In this document: positions 43,801 to 57,269 of the stretch, piece by piece
Position numbering within the stretch: position 1 is the stretch's first letter
How the letters are laid out: each line of letters begins with the position of its first letter
DNA from: Macrostomum lignano
Taxonomy: Eukaryota
Assembly: GCA_002269645.1 (NCBI GenBank)
Contig: NIVC01000063.1
Location: forward strand, 1-64,000
DNA length: 64,000 bases
Direction: 5' to 3'
The notes under the pieces: model-generated
Databases searched by the model: none
Told to the model about the DNA's origin: nothing
The model's input: only the letters and a program-made list of their open reading frames with translations
Translations under genes and position numbers: made by a program

Positions 43801-45864
43801 ACGAGCTCGTTCTTAGAAAGTTTTAAGAAGAATTCTCTCCTCTCAGTCTTGTTAGAACCTGTCCGGCTACTAAGCAAATAGACATTCGGAATCTTATCTG
43901 TTGAGCTTTGAAGTTGAGCGCTAAGTCTGTTTGGTCAAGTTGAGCACAGACGTAGACAGTGTGCTCGGAGTGATGTATGCTGATCGAGTGGAAGAAGATG
44001 CAAATTTGTCTTAACTTTTTGCCGGCGGATAGAATGGCAAAAGGAGCCCCGTGCATTCGCCGTGACTCGAGCGCACCGATAGAAAATTCTCTTTAAACGC
44101 CAAGCCGTCTTCCCACTTTGAGCTTCCCTTGCGCGGGACCCTCTCGGCGCTTTTCAAGAAATTCCAACGCAAAAGCAGAGAAAAAACAAGTTCAGCCTTG
44201 GGTGCAGCAGAATTACTGTCTGCTCTCCGTGTTCTCTGTGAAATAATGGTCAGGAATTTCTTCTTCAACTCAGAGCGTGAGGAAATGCGCGCTCTCTCAG
44301 CTAGCTGTGCAGTGACGATTTTAAGTGTGGCTCTGGGTGCAACACTTTTCTTTCTTAGAAAGAAGAAATTGACTATTTTTCTTTAACTGAAAGGAAGAAA
44401 GCGAGAAGCGAGCATCAAGATCTTCCCAACTACGAGTATAGGCGATGCGAAAATCAATGAATTCCTCCAATTCTTCCTAATCGTTCGTATTTCGGAAGGG
44501 CATTTCGATGCGTGGAGAATTTTCCCCTCGAGTTGGCGCAGGCTTAACGTACCCGACGAACGAGATAAGCGGAGCCGGTGAAAGATTATTTCTGACTGAT
44601 ATTAGCAACAAGGTGCAGTCTTTTTTTCGCTAGACCATATTGGACTTGCCAGTAGTGAAAGCCTCTCTTCTCTGGATTGCGACACGGTTTACACTGAAAA
44701 CAGCTGGGCCTCGAATGGAATTCTTGGATTTTCGATAATAGAGACAGAGAGCGCGGCCGAGCCTCCAAAGAAGATAAGGATGTTGAGGGTTGGGGGCTTA
44801 TTTTCGATGGGTCAGTGTGGTGCACTTCCCCCGGAAGATTTGGCTTATGCTGCAGGCTGTTAGCAACCCAGTCTCGCTGATAGAAATAGTTCAACCTATT
44901 TTTAACTGTATAAGCTAAATAAGGTTCCCTGAACTTTATATTGACTTGTGTACTTTAAAATATTAAATTTCCCTATCTGCTGCTATGCTATCAGGTTGAG
45001 AGGCTTTTCTTGTTGCTTCGGGCAGAATCAACCCAAGCAGAAATCGACATTCTTGATCGCATTATCTCTAGCCTATATTTAGCTGTTCAAAGATATTTGG
45101 CATCCGGGATGATTGTGTATTGCATTGTGCAGCGCGCAACTGAGGGGAAAAACAAAATTATACGAGAAAATTTTTTATCCCAACACGACCAACAGTCAAA
45201 TAGGCTATAGCTGCAGCCATTAGTCTTTGATAGTGAAAGAAGTCTGCTTCTAAAAGCTGCACCAGCATAGAGGCTGGGAGACAAACACATACACTCTTCT
45301 TCGTCTCGCCTTCCGACATTCTCCGATTCTGTTCTGGTATAGATTCCCTTTTTTGCTTAGCCGACCATGCAGGGCTTGATCTCCTCTCTGGCTTTCCCTT
45401 CTATACTGACGGAATGTTTATGCCAGGACTATAGGAGAGGCTTCTAAAAGAAGCTTCAGGCAAGCTATGTATATGCAAAGCAGGCTATACCAAAGGCTAT
45501 GATGCCATATATCTAGAGTGTATACATACATACACGCACTGGAGGTCAGCCTGATGTGTGCGTCTCTTATAGCTAATGCACGGCTTTCAACCCTGCAGCG
45601 GCCTGAAATCCGGCAGTGGGGCTTGGCAAGATCGCTCGGCTGTGACGCCTGAGAGAATAAGACTGCATGGGGGAGATTGACTTGGATATTCGGTTTTGTT
45701 GGCATGCAATGATGATTTCTGGGATTCCTCATTCTCTATGCTTGCAGAACAGCATCGAGGGGGTACTTGAATTTTTGCTGGCAGTGCTGGAGTCTTTTAT
45801 TAATTCGAGACGTGACTTTAGGTGTGGCGTAGGCATTTTTAACACGTTGTTTAGACATCTTCCA

Positions 45865-46536
45865 CACGTGACTTGGGCAGCCCTGAACGCGTGACTTAGG
45901 CAATCCTGAACACGTGACTTTGGCAACCCTGAACACGTGACTTAGGCAACCCTGAACGCGTGACTTAGGCAATCCTGAACACGTGACTTGGGCAGCCCTG
46001 AACACGTGGCTTAGGGGAAACCTGAACGCTTGACTTAGGCGACCCTGAACGCGTGACTATGGCAACACTGAACAGGTGAGTTAGGCAACCCTGAACACGT
46101 TACTTAGGCAGCCCTGAACGCGTGACTTAGGCAATCCTGAACACGTGACTTAGGCAGCCCTGAACACGTGGCTTAGGCAAACCTGAACGCGTGACTTAGG
46201 CAACCCTGAACGCGTGACTTTGGCAACCCTGAACACGTGACTTAGGCAACCCTGAACGCGTGACTTAGGCAATCCTGAACACGTGACTTAGGCAACCCTG
46301 AACACGTGACTTTGGCAACCCTGAACGCGTGACTTAGGCAACCCTGAACGCGTGACTTTGGCAACCCTGAACGCGTGACTTTGGCAACCCTGAACACGTG
46401 ACTTAGGCAACCCTGAACGCGTGACTTAGGCAACCCTGAACACGTGACTTTGGCAACCCTGAACGCGTGACTTTGGCAACCCTGAACGCGTGACTTAGGC
46501 AACCCTGAACGCGTGACTTAGGCAACCCTGAACGCG
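45865..46536. repeat. 21-bp minisatellite (CGTGACTTAGGCAACCCTGAA)n, ~32 units
   Basis: Seen directly. Confidence 0.95.
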
Positions 46537-47929
46537 TTGGCTATGCTTAGACAGCTCAAGAACGGGACTTGTAGAAGAAACATCAAAACGGAACTTAGAC
46601 ACCTTGAAACGGGACTGAGACAACTAATTACTAGATCATCAAGCGAGCTCAAAAACTCGACTTTGAATTACCAAAACCTGACTTAAAAGCCCAAGGCAAC
46701 TTGACTTAGCACACGATGATAAAACGTGACGGAGGCACCTCAAAGCCTCTGTTGGGGCGCAATTGGCCACTTCAGCAAAAGAGGCAAAAAGGTTGGAATA
46801 AGATTGAGGATTTCAGTCTTTCTGTAAACCCAAGCAGCAGCAGCAGCCGAGATTTATTTTCGCAAACACCCCCGGTGCACTTGCAGCGTCTCCACCTCTC
46901 GTCCATCGCTTACGTAACCGCATAGTTTGCCAACAAAATCTCCCAAGCCCAGGCAGGCAGCGCGCTACTAAATCTCTCTGCTCCTATCTGCTTTTGCGCC
47001 TCTCTTTCCAAACATTGGCTATGAAGGCAGCTTTAGGGTGGCTGCAGCAGCAGCAGCAGCATTAGCTTAGGCCACCAGCTGTGAAGTCAAGCCCCAGTCG
47101 CGGCCACTGCTTGCGAACCCAGCTGCTAGAGAGCTTAGAAAGCTTAAAGGCCCCCCTCTGGCCCTGATGAGGTCAATCGCCCCCCTCCCCTCCTAGTGAC
47201 TCCTGCACCGCCCCCTGTCCCAGCCCAGCCCGGAAGATTTGCAAACAATTTCCGAGAAAGCAAGCGAGGCCGGAACGAATGTGAAAATCTTCAAAAGATT
47301 ATCCTGAAGTTAATCGCTTCGTTTCTGCAAGCCTAATCTGATGGTTGGCGCGATTTTTTACTATATGCGAGCTAATTCCTTGGGACGTGTTTTTGTTCAT
47401 TTTCTGCTTTTGCTAGTTGCCTGATGAATTTTATCGAACAAATTTTCCCGAGAGAAACAAACCAAGATATGTCGAATGTGGAAATTAATGGCTTCAGACA
47501 AAATAAGAAAACTGGGTCGGGGAGAAGAGCTCCAGGAGAGTATAAAGAAGAGGAGAGTAGAGTCAAGTAGTGAATTCTAATTTAAACCACTTTAAAGCTC
47601 ACTTTCCTGAAGGGAGGCTATTGACATAGATTTTATATTTTGCGCGATTTAATCGATCACTTTCCCGGACATATTGCAAGGATTATTGTATGTACGAGCT
47701 ATCTAAATAAGCGAGCTTCTCGGAAACTCGAAAAAACTCGAGAAACTCGGAAAATTTCTTAATGAAATTTTGTCTATGGTAAGAATAGACAACCTCGGCT
47801 CTCGGGATTTAACCACATACCGACCTCAAACCCATAGAATATATTATTCTTAACTATGTTTGGGCCATAGACAATCAAAATAAGGCAACAAAGAATAAAC
47901 AGCGAAACAAGTTCATGCCCATTTCCACA

Positions 47930-48260
47930 CTGTGTACGTGTCTAAAGCACAGTCAGTAACAGGTACAGATAGCAACCACGAGCATCCAACAGACCGCTCA
48001 CTCGTCGAGGCATTCCCGAACAAGGCGCCGCAGAAAGTCTTGTGGAAGCTGTTGCCACGCGACTGAAAGCGCATTGCGCAGCTGGACCATGTTCTGGGGG
48101 CATAGAGATTGTTGCACCGAATCGTGCGCTTCAGGAAATCCCACACGTGCTCAATCGAGTTCAAATCCGGTGATCTGGATGGCCAACGCAGAGTGCGCCA
48201 ATCAGTCATTTAGCGGATTATCGTTGTCACCTGCGTCCAGATGCCTCCAGTAAACCCCTG
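47930..48260 (-). mobile_element. Tc1-family transposase remnant
   Basis: WPSRSPDLNSIEHVWDFLKR matches the Tc1 DD34E motif WPxxSPDLNPIEHxW; the surrounding sequence is degenerate. Confidence 0.8.
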
Positions 48261-49361
48261 AACACTCGTTACTGTAACGCTTTTCCCTGTGACACCAGAT
48301 ATCGGTCTTTACACTTTCCTGCCCTTTTTTGCTCTTTTGTCTATGGCCCAAAGCCAATTGGCGAAACCATTGATCGTGCTGCCCATGGACCCTTGGGGCA
48401 AGGGTGAACACTTTTAAATGTTGCTGAGTGTTTTGGCTAAGGGTTTGGGTCACAGACACCGGGCTGCTGCTGCTAATGCCTGAGAGTAGTGGAAGCTACA
48501 GTCTATGGTCTGAACCCTGGGGTTTTCGCGCTGTTTGCGCAAAACTATAATTTGACTGCATCGAAGCCATAATGTCTAAGAAGGGCATAACCGATATAAA
48601 TGCAACAATCGTGTGTAGCATCCTTCTTCACCTATCTATGAGCGTAAATCTGTGTTTTATGTATGTTTACTGAGAAGCCTGGAATCCATGCATCAATCTT
48701 TTATCAAACAATTAATTATTGCTAAAATTGGTGTTTATACCTCGGTATTTTCACCTCAATATTATTGGCGATGGTTTCAATCTCGGATATCCAAAACATT
48801 GATAATTAGGAGGCATCAGCTTAAAAACACATTGGATTAGTCCGCTGTCGATTATTAGCAACCAATTATTTATTTCTCTTCTCATTCATTGTCCTTCCTT
48901 TCTGGCTATCAGCACGCCTCTTCTCACTTCTCTCTTTTCTTACATTGGCTATTTTCTGTTTCGCAGAAACTTGGTATAGGTTTGAATTGAAGAACAAGAG
49001 ACAACAAGAAGCGAGAGAAATAGATGGACAGGCAGGTTAGGTATGCTAAATTATAAACACCCATCTATATATATGGACTTGCAGGCTGTAAATATAGGGA
49101 GATGTAAACACGGGAAGGTACGGAAGGAGAAGGAGTTAGAATCGAAGTGGAGAGAGAAGGAATTGGGGAGGGAGAGATAAAGGAGAGGCAAGAGAAAAAA
49201 TAGTAGATAGGTGAGGGGGTTAGTTGGGGGAAGACAGGGGAGGGGAGATAGGGGAGGGGAGATAGGGAAGGAGAGATAGGGGAGGGGAGATAGGAGGGGA
49301 GATAGGAGGGGAGATAGGAGGGGAGATAGGGGAGGGGAGGTAGGTGGGATAGAGAGGGGAG

Positions 49362-49669
49362 CAGGGGCGGATTTAGGGGGGAGGGCGTCAAATAGCTTGA
49401 CAGAACATAACATATTGCGCCCCCCAAAAACCTGAGTTTGCGCCCCCTAAACTTGATTTTTCGCCCCAACCAATGCCTTCCTTTTTAGCGCCCCTAAGTT
49501 TGGCTTTTCGCCCTTTAAACGCATTTTTAGCGCCCCTAAGCTTGATTTTTCGCCCCATACACGCATTTTTTGCGCCCCCTAGCTTAAAAATTGGCGCCCT
49601 TATACTCGTGTTGGCGCCCTAAACTTGGACCGCCCCCGCCCCCAAAATGAAACTCTAGATCCACCTCTG
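49362..49669. mobile_element. hAT-like MITE with GCGCCCC subrepeats
   Basis: CAGGGGCGGATTTAG / CTAGATCCACCTCTG TIRs (12 of 15 match); perfect 8-bp TSD GAGGGGAG (49354-49361 and 49670-49677). Confidence 0.8.
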
Positions 49670-51820
49670 GAGGGGAGGTAGGTGAAAAGGAGATCAGACG
49701 AGGTGTTTTAAGCTCCTCAAGAGATTATATTTCAAGATGAGAGGGAGGCGACCAACCTGAGGGAGACAGGCGCAGTACAATGAGACAGACGGGGCGCCAC
49801 TTTCTTTCATAGATCGATATTCTTGGCGCCACCGCTTGCGGCCACCCCCAAGCCCCAAGCGTCGCCTCCTGTGACTCCTGAGTCGCCCAATTCGCATGCA
49901 CAGCCTAGCAACTATACTTTCTCGCTGTCTCTCTTCCCTTCTCTCGCACGTTCTATTCTCCCATCTACCCAATCCCCATCCACTCCCGTCCCAATCCGCC
50001 CAGAGAGTTTTTTCTTGCATTTGAGTCAAGAGTGGCTGCAGTGGGGGAGGGGGCTGGGGACCTTCTCTAAGTCCTTCAGCCTGTATACGGGGACCCCAAG
50101 GCCCGGCCCCGGCCCTGAGACCGGCACTCCAGACTCCAGCGTCCCTCTCGTCCCTTTTCTCCTCCCCCCCCCCAGGGGACAGAGTTGGGCGTTGGGGTGG
50201 GGGGTTTAGCTGCATTCGGATCCCGTCGTCGTCGGTCCCAGGAGCGAAAGCGACCGTAATTGGGATTTGGGGTGTCGGCTTCGGCAGACGGGCAGTTGAG
50301 GGGTGGGAGGTGCGAGAGTTTGTGGGATGTGAGAGTGGGAGAATTATGAGAACGCCTCAACTTCGAACCTGCGGAGACCAATTTTTTTTCTATGTGAGAC
50401 AGCGAGTCACCATGGCGGCAGTCAGGCAGGCAAACGTGAGGTTCCGTTGCTCAGAAATTCAGATATTTGCCCTGCTCAGCGGCTCTGAGAAGCGTCGAGA
50501 ATCGAGAATAAGATTTGATTGGACACGAAGTGACAGGGGGGTGGGTGAGCAATATTACTTGAATCTAGGCCTGCTTATCAATCCGTGATTTAATCAGACG
50601 CAGCCACTTCTTTCGACTTTATGGCTATAATAATCATAACGGAGCATTTTCGCGCTCAAATAAAAAAGTGCATTCATAACCGACTAAGCAAGAAAAAAAT
50701 TAGGGACGGAAACCCAGTCTGAAGATTCTTCATCTTTGCTTTTGTTAGATTGGGGCGTTTTTTGAAACTTTTCAAAGTTTTCCTTGAATTCTTACAGAAT
50801 TGAAAGTTTACTTCGGAAAAAATTAGAATACTTCTCAACCAGTTCCACTGGAAATAGTTTTCTATGCTCAGCCTCAGTGTCTGCGACGTTTTTCGCCGGC
50901 GCGGAAGTGCTTGCCCATCTGTCTCGTAATTCTCCTAATTCGAATACTGTCCCGTTTCATTCTTTCTTATATCTTTCAGATCTTTTTCTTCCTTCTAATC
51001 TGCGCTTTTTCTTGCTCATTTTTCTGCATCGATTCCTTCCATCTGCGCTACTTCGCTACAAATGCGCCCCTTGCATGCGCAGTTTTCTCATAGCTAGTTC
51101 AAACTCAAGCATTCATATGCGTGCGTATTAATGACCGCTCACCCGTGAAACGCTCTGCATGTCAACAGCTCCTTTCCTGTACGCCGCTGGACAACCCCCC
51201 CCCCGTTATTTCCTTCACAACCTGCAGTCGTGCAGCACTTGCCCATACCTGGCCTGCAATGCACTTGGGCTAACTGCCGGTCATGCTTAATCCGCCTTCG
51301 CCCACGTCAAGCATGTCTCTCTCTGCCCTCGCACTGTACAATTGATGTACTTTCAAACTATAGAGTCACTCTATTTGCTTCACACAAACTTCTGATTATT
51401 CTGTTCCATTATCGTCCACTTCAACTCAAGCGGATGGATTTGCAGAATGTTTTTGGGTTTTTGGGAATATATGAGATTGAAATTGAATGTATAGGCGCAT
51501 TCATAAATAAAATATTAATTCCAGTCAGAAAGAAATATTATTAATTTCTTTGTCATAGTTTTGCGGGTAGGCATTTTTCTATGAAAAAACTGACTGTATG
51601 ACTCAAGCCATGCTGCTGGTCACCCTGTATAGATTTACTAACTTGCAATTTGAGCATATACTAGTATTTTTGAATACTCAATTTTCTAGAACAGACACCT
51701 ATAGATGAGCAACAAGGTTACACTTTAAATTTCCCAACAGAGTTTAATAGTTAATACATGTACACATATGTTCTCAGATTGTGAAACCAGATGCTCGTTT
51801 ACTCAAGATTTACCAAGTTT

Positions 51821-52792
51821 GCTCAAGATTTGCAGCCAGGTACAGTGTACATGTATGCTCAAGATTTGCAACCAGGTACAGTGTACATGCATGCTCAAGA
51901 TTTGCAGCCAGGTACAGTGTACATGTATGCTCAAGATTTGCAACCAGGTACAGTGTACATGCATGCTCAAGATTTGCAACAAGGTACAGTGTACATGTAT
52001 GCTCAAGATTTGCAACCAGGCACAGTGTACATGCATGCTCAATATTTGCAGCCAGGTACAGTGTACATGCATGCTCAAGATTTGCAAACAGGTACAGTGT
52101 ACATGTATTCTCAAGATTTGCAACAAGGTACAGTGTACATGCATGCTCAAGATTTGCAGCCCGGTACAGTGTACATGCATGCTCAAGATTTGCAACCAGG
52201 TACAGTGTACATGCATGCTCAAGATTTGCAACAAGGTACAGTGTACATGCATGCTCAAGATTTGCAGCCCGGTACAGTGTACATGCATGCTCAAGATTTG
52301 CAGCCCGGTACAGTGTACATGCATGCTCAAGATTTGCAGCCCGGTACAGTGTACATGCATGCTCAAGATTTGCAACCAGGTACAGTGTACATGCATGCTC
52401 AAGATTTGCAGCCCGGTACAGTGTACATGCATGCTCAAGATTTGCAGCCCGGTACAGTGTACATGCATGCTCAAGATTTGCAGCCCGGTACAGTGTACAT
52501 GCATGCTCAAGATTTGTAGCCCGGTACAGTGTACATGCATGCTCAAGATTTGCAGCCCGGTACAGTGTACATGCATGCTCAAGATTTGCAACCAGGTACA
52601 GTGTACATGTATGCTCAAGATTTGCAGCCCGGTACAGTGTACATGCATGCTCAAGATTTGTAGCCCGGTACAGTGTACATGCATGCTCAAGATTTGCAAC
52701 CAGGTACAGTGTACATGTATGCTCAAGATTTGCAGCCAGGTACAGTGTACATGCATGCTCAAGATTTGCAGCCAGGTACAGTGTACATGTAT
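51821..52792. repeat. 36-bp minisatellite (GCTCAAGATTTGCAGCCAGGTACAGTGTACATGCAT)n, ~27 units
   Basis: Seen directly. Confidence 0.95.
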
Positions 52793-55700
52793 TCTTAAGA
52801 TTTTCAGTTCCGGGAATTAAAAAACAGACAAAAAAGAAGCCACGCGATTTAAATTTTACAATGCGATCAGCGTGCGACTTTCTCTAAAAGTTCAGCCAAA
52901 ATCTGTAACTAGGGTGTGCTGGACAATGCTTACTGTTTCTGTTTTACTTTCGGACTTTGTACACCGGAAAGTTTCACACTGAGGACGATTACACAACTTT
53001 TTTGACTGACGACAGCTTTTGAAGTTCGGGTTATAAAAGTACACTGCGCCGTATTTACAAGGAATACAATAGAAGCTAGCAAGCTTGGGTTTTAAATTAT
53101 AACTAGAAAAAATCTGACACAACAAACGTTATTGCACTGATTAAACGTGTATGAAAAAGCATAATAGAAGCATTTTTTAAACGCGCGTCAGCTATATAGT
53201 TACGTAAATAGATTTTTAACCATGAAAATGAGGGCATAATCTCTTTCTTGATGGGCGCCAATTTAGTCAATATCGTTCTCAAATCATGATTGCAAAAAAT
53301 ATACTTGACTAAAAGTAACTACCCCACAAAATTATTAATAAGCAAGCGAAAACGGGTCAATTGTAGGCGCTGGTAGAGCGAGAGAAAACACTAGAGCATC
53401 AAAGCTTAAGGAACAGTCTTAAAATATTTAGTATATACCGGTATTACACGAAGTACTGCAATATAGAGATCGAAAATTTAAGCAATTCACCTACGTAGAA
53501 AAGTACTATCGAAACCGATATGTATGGAAAATAACTTTACCAACAGTTGATGGTATTGCTCACGCCAACACGCAGCGAATAGTGTGTGAGTCACCCCTGT
53601 CCGTAAGACGCTAGCTGTGTGTTTGTGGGTGAAACTGCGCAACACGAAACAGGTCTGGGTCTTTCTGCTCGATTCTAGTTACAATGACAATGACTATTGT
53701 ATCTAATAAGAAAGGTATTAAGACGCGCGCCCAAAAATATGAATCCGGTTTCTCTGGCCATGCGTATAAACTAGACAAAGAAGAAAAGGTGGACTGAATG
53801 AATTCGGTTTTTTAGTTCCTGTGAGCGCGTGCGTGTGTGGGCGCTTCGTCGTTCATGCTTTTAGCAGCTGTTGTCGGTTTTAGGCTATAGCTCTGAAGTT
53901 TGAAGTTCCTGCTTGCGTATTACAAAGCAAGGCCGGCTCGTGCCATTGCTTGGCCCGTTGGGCTTGGGTTTAGGTCGCCCCCTTCCCCCTATTGGCAGTG
54001 GATCGACTGACTGGATGGCTCTGATTGCGTAATCTAGTATTAAGGTGGTAATTTTCCTGTCAATCGAGGGGGACAGGCGCACCCCAGGCCTCTCTCTTTC
54101 TCTCTTTGCCAGATTGGTTAATTCTCCCCATCCCTCTCTCTCCGTCCTCTCCACTCCTCGCCAGCTTCCCAATTTTAATATTGAAGGCAGAAGCGGGCGC
54201 TTGTTAAGGCAATGAGATTTTCAGGGGGACAATGGGAACGGGGGAAGCCTATAGAAGCGAAAGAGAGTGGGGGAGAACAGTAAAGGAAAAAAATAGGGGG
54301 AATAGAGTAGACCAGAAAGGAAATGTCTCGGATGACTCATTTCTTCCCTCTCTGGCAGTTGTCTTCTCCTGCCTAAACTTGTCTCCCCAGTCCCCATTTA
54401 TACCAACGACGAACCCCAAAATCAGCTTTTCCCTCTGTCTTCTTTCTTTCTCTGGCCAAATGCAAGCACACAGATGTTGACTTCTTTCGAGATTCGAGGC
54501 CTGACTTTTCCTTGGGTTCCCGTGTCTTTAGTGATTGGGCGAAAAAATCACCTTTATTTATTCGGAATCCAGCAACGATGGAAACTGAAGAGGCATGCAG
54601 GTGACAGAGGAACAGAACCGCGCATGGGACACAAACTTTCTGTACATAGCGCAGATGCAGATCTGGATTCGTCATCGCTGTGTAATATGACTCTTCCCGT
54701 CCCCAAATCACCTGGAATTATCCCGAAATCTGGGGGGGGGGCATAAAAATTCCTATACGATTGGGGTTCCCTCTAGCAAGTCAGAGGCCTGCCTTTTCAA
54801 CAGTCATAACTTTTTTACTACTCTTATTAATAAGATGGTGCCGCATTTTCCTGCAAAACTTGCGCGACACGATCGTTTGATGCGCAGTTTTTGGGACAGT
54901 TTAAACAAATCAAGATTCTTTTTTCAGCCCGAAATCTCCCACCAAACGTCTGTCTGCTTCTTCCGCCGCTCAAGAAGCTTAAACCTATGCTGCAGAAGCA
55001 AAACAGAGGCAAAGTCTGCTCTCTACTTCAATCTTGATTCTTGATCCTTAATTTTATTCCGAATGCCAATTGCTTTGCTACTCAAGTGGGAGCTGAGAGG
55101 AGAGGAGAGTTCAACTAAGGACAAACTGGACCTGGACTTAAATTAGGAAAAGTTTTGATCGTGCAAGGGGTGTGGGAAATGTGGAAATGGAAAAGCTACA
55201 TTATCATGACAGGCTCATAAGTATCTTTTTATGCGATTTTTCAAACCATCCCGGTGCAGTAGAAACCCTTAAACACCTGGGTTCGGGTTTTTTGTCTTCC
55301 TTCAAGCTCCAGTGGTCTCTTCCAAGGTTCCTGGCTATCTCTGGACTGGATCCAGCAGAAAAAACTAAAACCGTTCAGAACCTGACTCAAGCAGCTTCAG
55401 GGCTTCTGCTCCTAGGTGACTCACTCACCTCATTCTGCCACACCAAAGTTTAGCCTGCATGGGGGTCCCTTCCAATAGCCCAAAAACTGGAGCACAAAGC
55501 CGGTCCCTGTTTAGTAGTTATTAGTTAATATAGAACAATACTGTCTGTACTGCTGTACTGTGAGAATGCTTGTAGAGTAAGTGAACTGACTCAGACAAAG
55601 ATGAGTTTCTGTCCTGCATAAAAAACTCAGAAAAGCCCCTCGCGGGCCGCGGCCCTCCTACACATACAGCTACTGGCTACATGCATCCAAATTCATGAGA

Positions 55701-56120
55701 AACACGCAGAAACATGAAATTATCAGCATGACTTGGTCGTTGGCGGCTCTTGCTGCTGCAATTGCTTAGTCACAAGGAAAAACTGGAATTTTAAACTTGT
55801 TAAAACGGTACATAAAGTTGTTTATGCACAAAAAATAATTTTCAAATGCTCAATCATCCATCCAAAGACCATTTCTGCTGATAGATGATTTGTATAAACA
55901 AAGACAATAAGCTCTCATGCTCATATTAAACTCTAAGGAGGTCGGAAGTGGCAAAGCTCGAGCAGGCATTGCTGACAAGAAAATATAATAGGACTTACAA
56001 AATCAACCTATTAAACAGCAGGAACTGTGAATTCATATAGATTCACAAACGATGGTCAACGAGCAAACGATGGGTCTAAATTCACCGAGTTAGGCGTCTC
56101 TCTCTAGTCGAGCTCGACAA

Positions 56121-57269
56121 TCACCGATGCTGGTAGTCGCTCCTGGCGATGCTGTGATTCGGGCTAGGCGGCTCCGACAGGCCCAGATCCCTCGGTCCCG
56201 GATGGTGCATCAGCTCGCGCTGCTTCCGCGCCTGTATGCTGCCCAATGTCAGGTAGCCATTGGTGTGCACTTGGCCGTGGTGGATCACTCGAGGACGTCG
56301 GGGCATTGTTGCCTGAGCGGCCAGAGAGTGCGCCTTCTCCTGCATGTGATAGTGATGCTGACCGCCTGGGAAGTCCATCAACGAGGAGGCCGTTCGCGGA
56401 ATGCTGTTGCCGTTCTTGCCAACTCCGGTGGCTACGCCGCCGACGTCGCCGTGAACTTCTTCCATGGCTGCTGCGCGGGCGGCGGCTTCGTCGGCGCGTC
56501 GTCTCTTAGTTCGACAGACGATGAGCAAAGCGGTGGCCAAGCTGAGGCAGAGCACGCCGAGGAAAGCAACGGCAGCGAGCGGCCAGGCGAAGTCCAAGCC
56601 GCTGCCGCCGCCAGCCTGACTCACGCCGCCAGAGCCGCAGGCGCATGGTACATTTGACGAGGACGAAGATGGAGCTACAGGCGCCGGAGGCTTCGGCGGC
56701 GGCGGTGGCGGCGGGCGAGGCAGGTAGCGCTCCTTGACGCACATGATAATGGTTGGCTGTTTACTCTGGCCGACAATGTCCATGCTATCGGAGTTTTGCA
56801 TCGCAAGTATCATTTTGTCGTCGCCAAGTTCAATTAGCTGCTTCTGTCTGGACTGTTGCTTGCTGGCAAGGAAGAACTGACCAGTCTCCACCGACCACTG
56901 TCGAATCTTTTGGAAAGCGTTATCACCGGATCTAATCACCTCCTTTGTGACGCCGACCTTTCTGAAGTCGGGATTTTTTAATATGAACTGTTGAAATAGT
57001 TCGCCTGCCAGGTCCTCCAAGCGAGGTAGGCGTGTTTGCGTGCTGGCGCATTTTTCCTCGGCCTCGTTGTATTGTTCGTTGATCTGCACCAGACGTACAG
57101 GATCGAATGCCTTGTATCGGAAGGTGTACTGCGTATAATTATCAAATGACGAGGTGGCCCACTGGCCCAGACTAGACCAGGTGGCCAGTACAGAGCCTGT
57201 TGTTGTTGTAGGGCGCCACATCAATAATAGAGCCACTATCGACCAGCAGTGGCTCCGTAGATACAGCAT
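56121..57269 (-). CDS. Intronless type I membrane protein with a degenerate C-type-lectin-like domain (~382 aa)
   Basis: Within ORF 56121..57356. Signal-like MLYLRSHCWSIVALLLM at 57269; YNEAEEKC...RLPRL and IIMCVKE; poly-Pro/Ser stalk; TM WPLAAVAFLGVLCLSLATALLIVC followed by RTKRRR; cytoplasmic YLTL. Confidence 0.75.
   Translation of the reverse strand: MLYLRSHCWSIVALLLMWRPTTTTGSVLATWSSLGQWATSSFDNYTQYTFRYKAFDPVRLVQINEQYNEAEEKCASTQTRLPRLEDLAGELFQQFILKNPDFRKVGVTKEVIRSGDNAFQKIRQWSVETGQFFLASKQQSRQKQLIELGDDKMILAMQNSDSMDIVGQSKQPTIIMCVKERYLPRPPPPPPPKPPAPVAPSSSSSNVPCACGSGGVSQAGGGSGLDFAWPLAAVAFLGVLCLSLATALLIVCRTKRRRADEAAARAAAMEEVHGDVGGVATGVGKNGNSIPRTASSLMDFPGGQHHYHMQEKAHSLAAQATMPRRPRVIHHGQVHTNGYLTLGSIQARKQRELMHHPGPRDLGLSEPPSPNHSIARSDYQHR

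Noticed and set aside
43860-45300. Short ORFs with a possible zinc-knuckle-like CFQCKPC
   Set aside because: No complete CCHC or RT/endonuclease motif; perhaps decayed retroelement sequence but not supportable.
45865-46536. Regular 21-36-bp repeats as a CRISPR array
   Set aside because: Head-to-tail units with no unique spacers, no cas genes, and a eukaryotic context.
47160-47185. CTGATGAG as a second hammerhead core (also CGAAACAGGTC near 53646)
   Set aside because: Neither site has both core halves with a closing stem II and stem I.
51768-52887. Cys-rich repeat ORFs and an FN3-like DLQPGTVY motif
   Set aside because: The 36-bp unit is open in several frames, and variant units put TAG in the DLQPG frame; no other FN3 strands are present.
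49690-55050. Several 60-170-aa ORFs outside the 36-bp array
   Set aside because: No recognisable motifs and no consistent splice chain found by eye.
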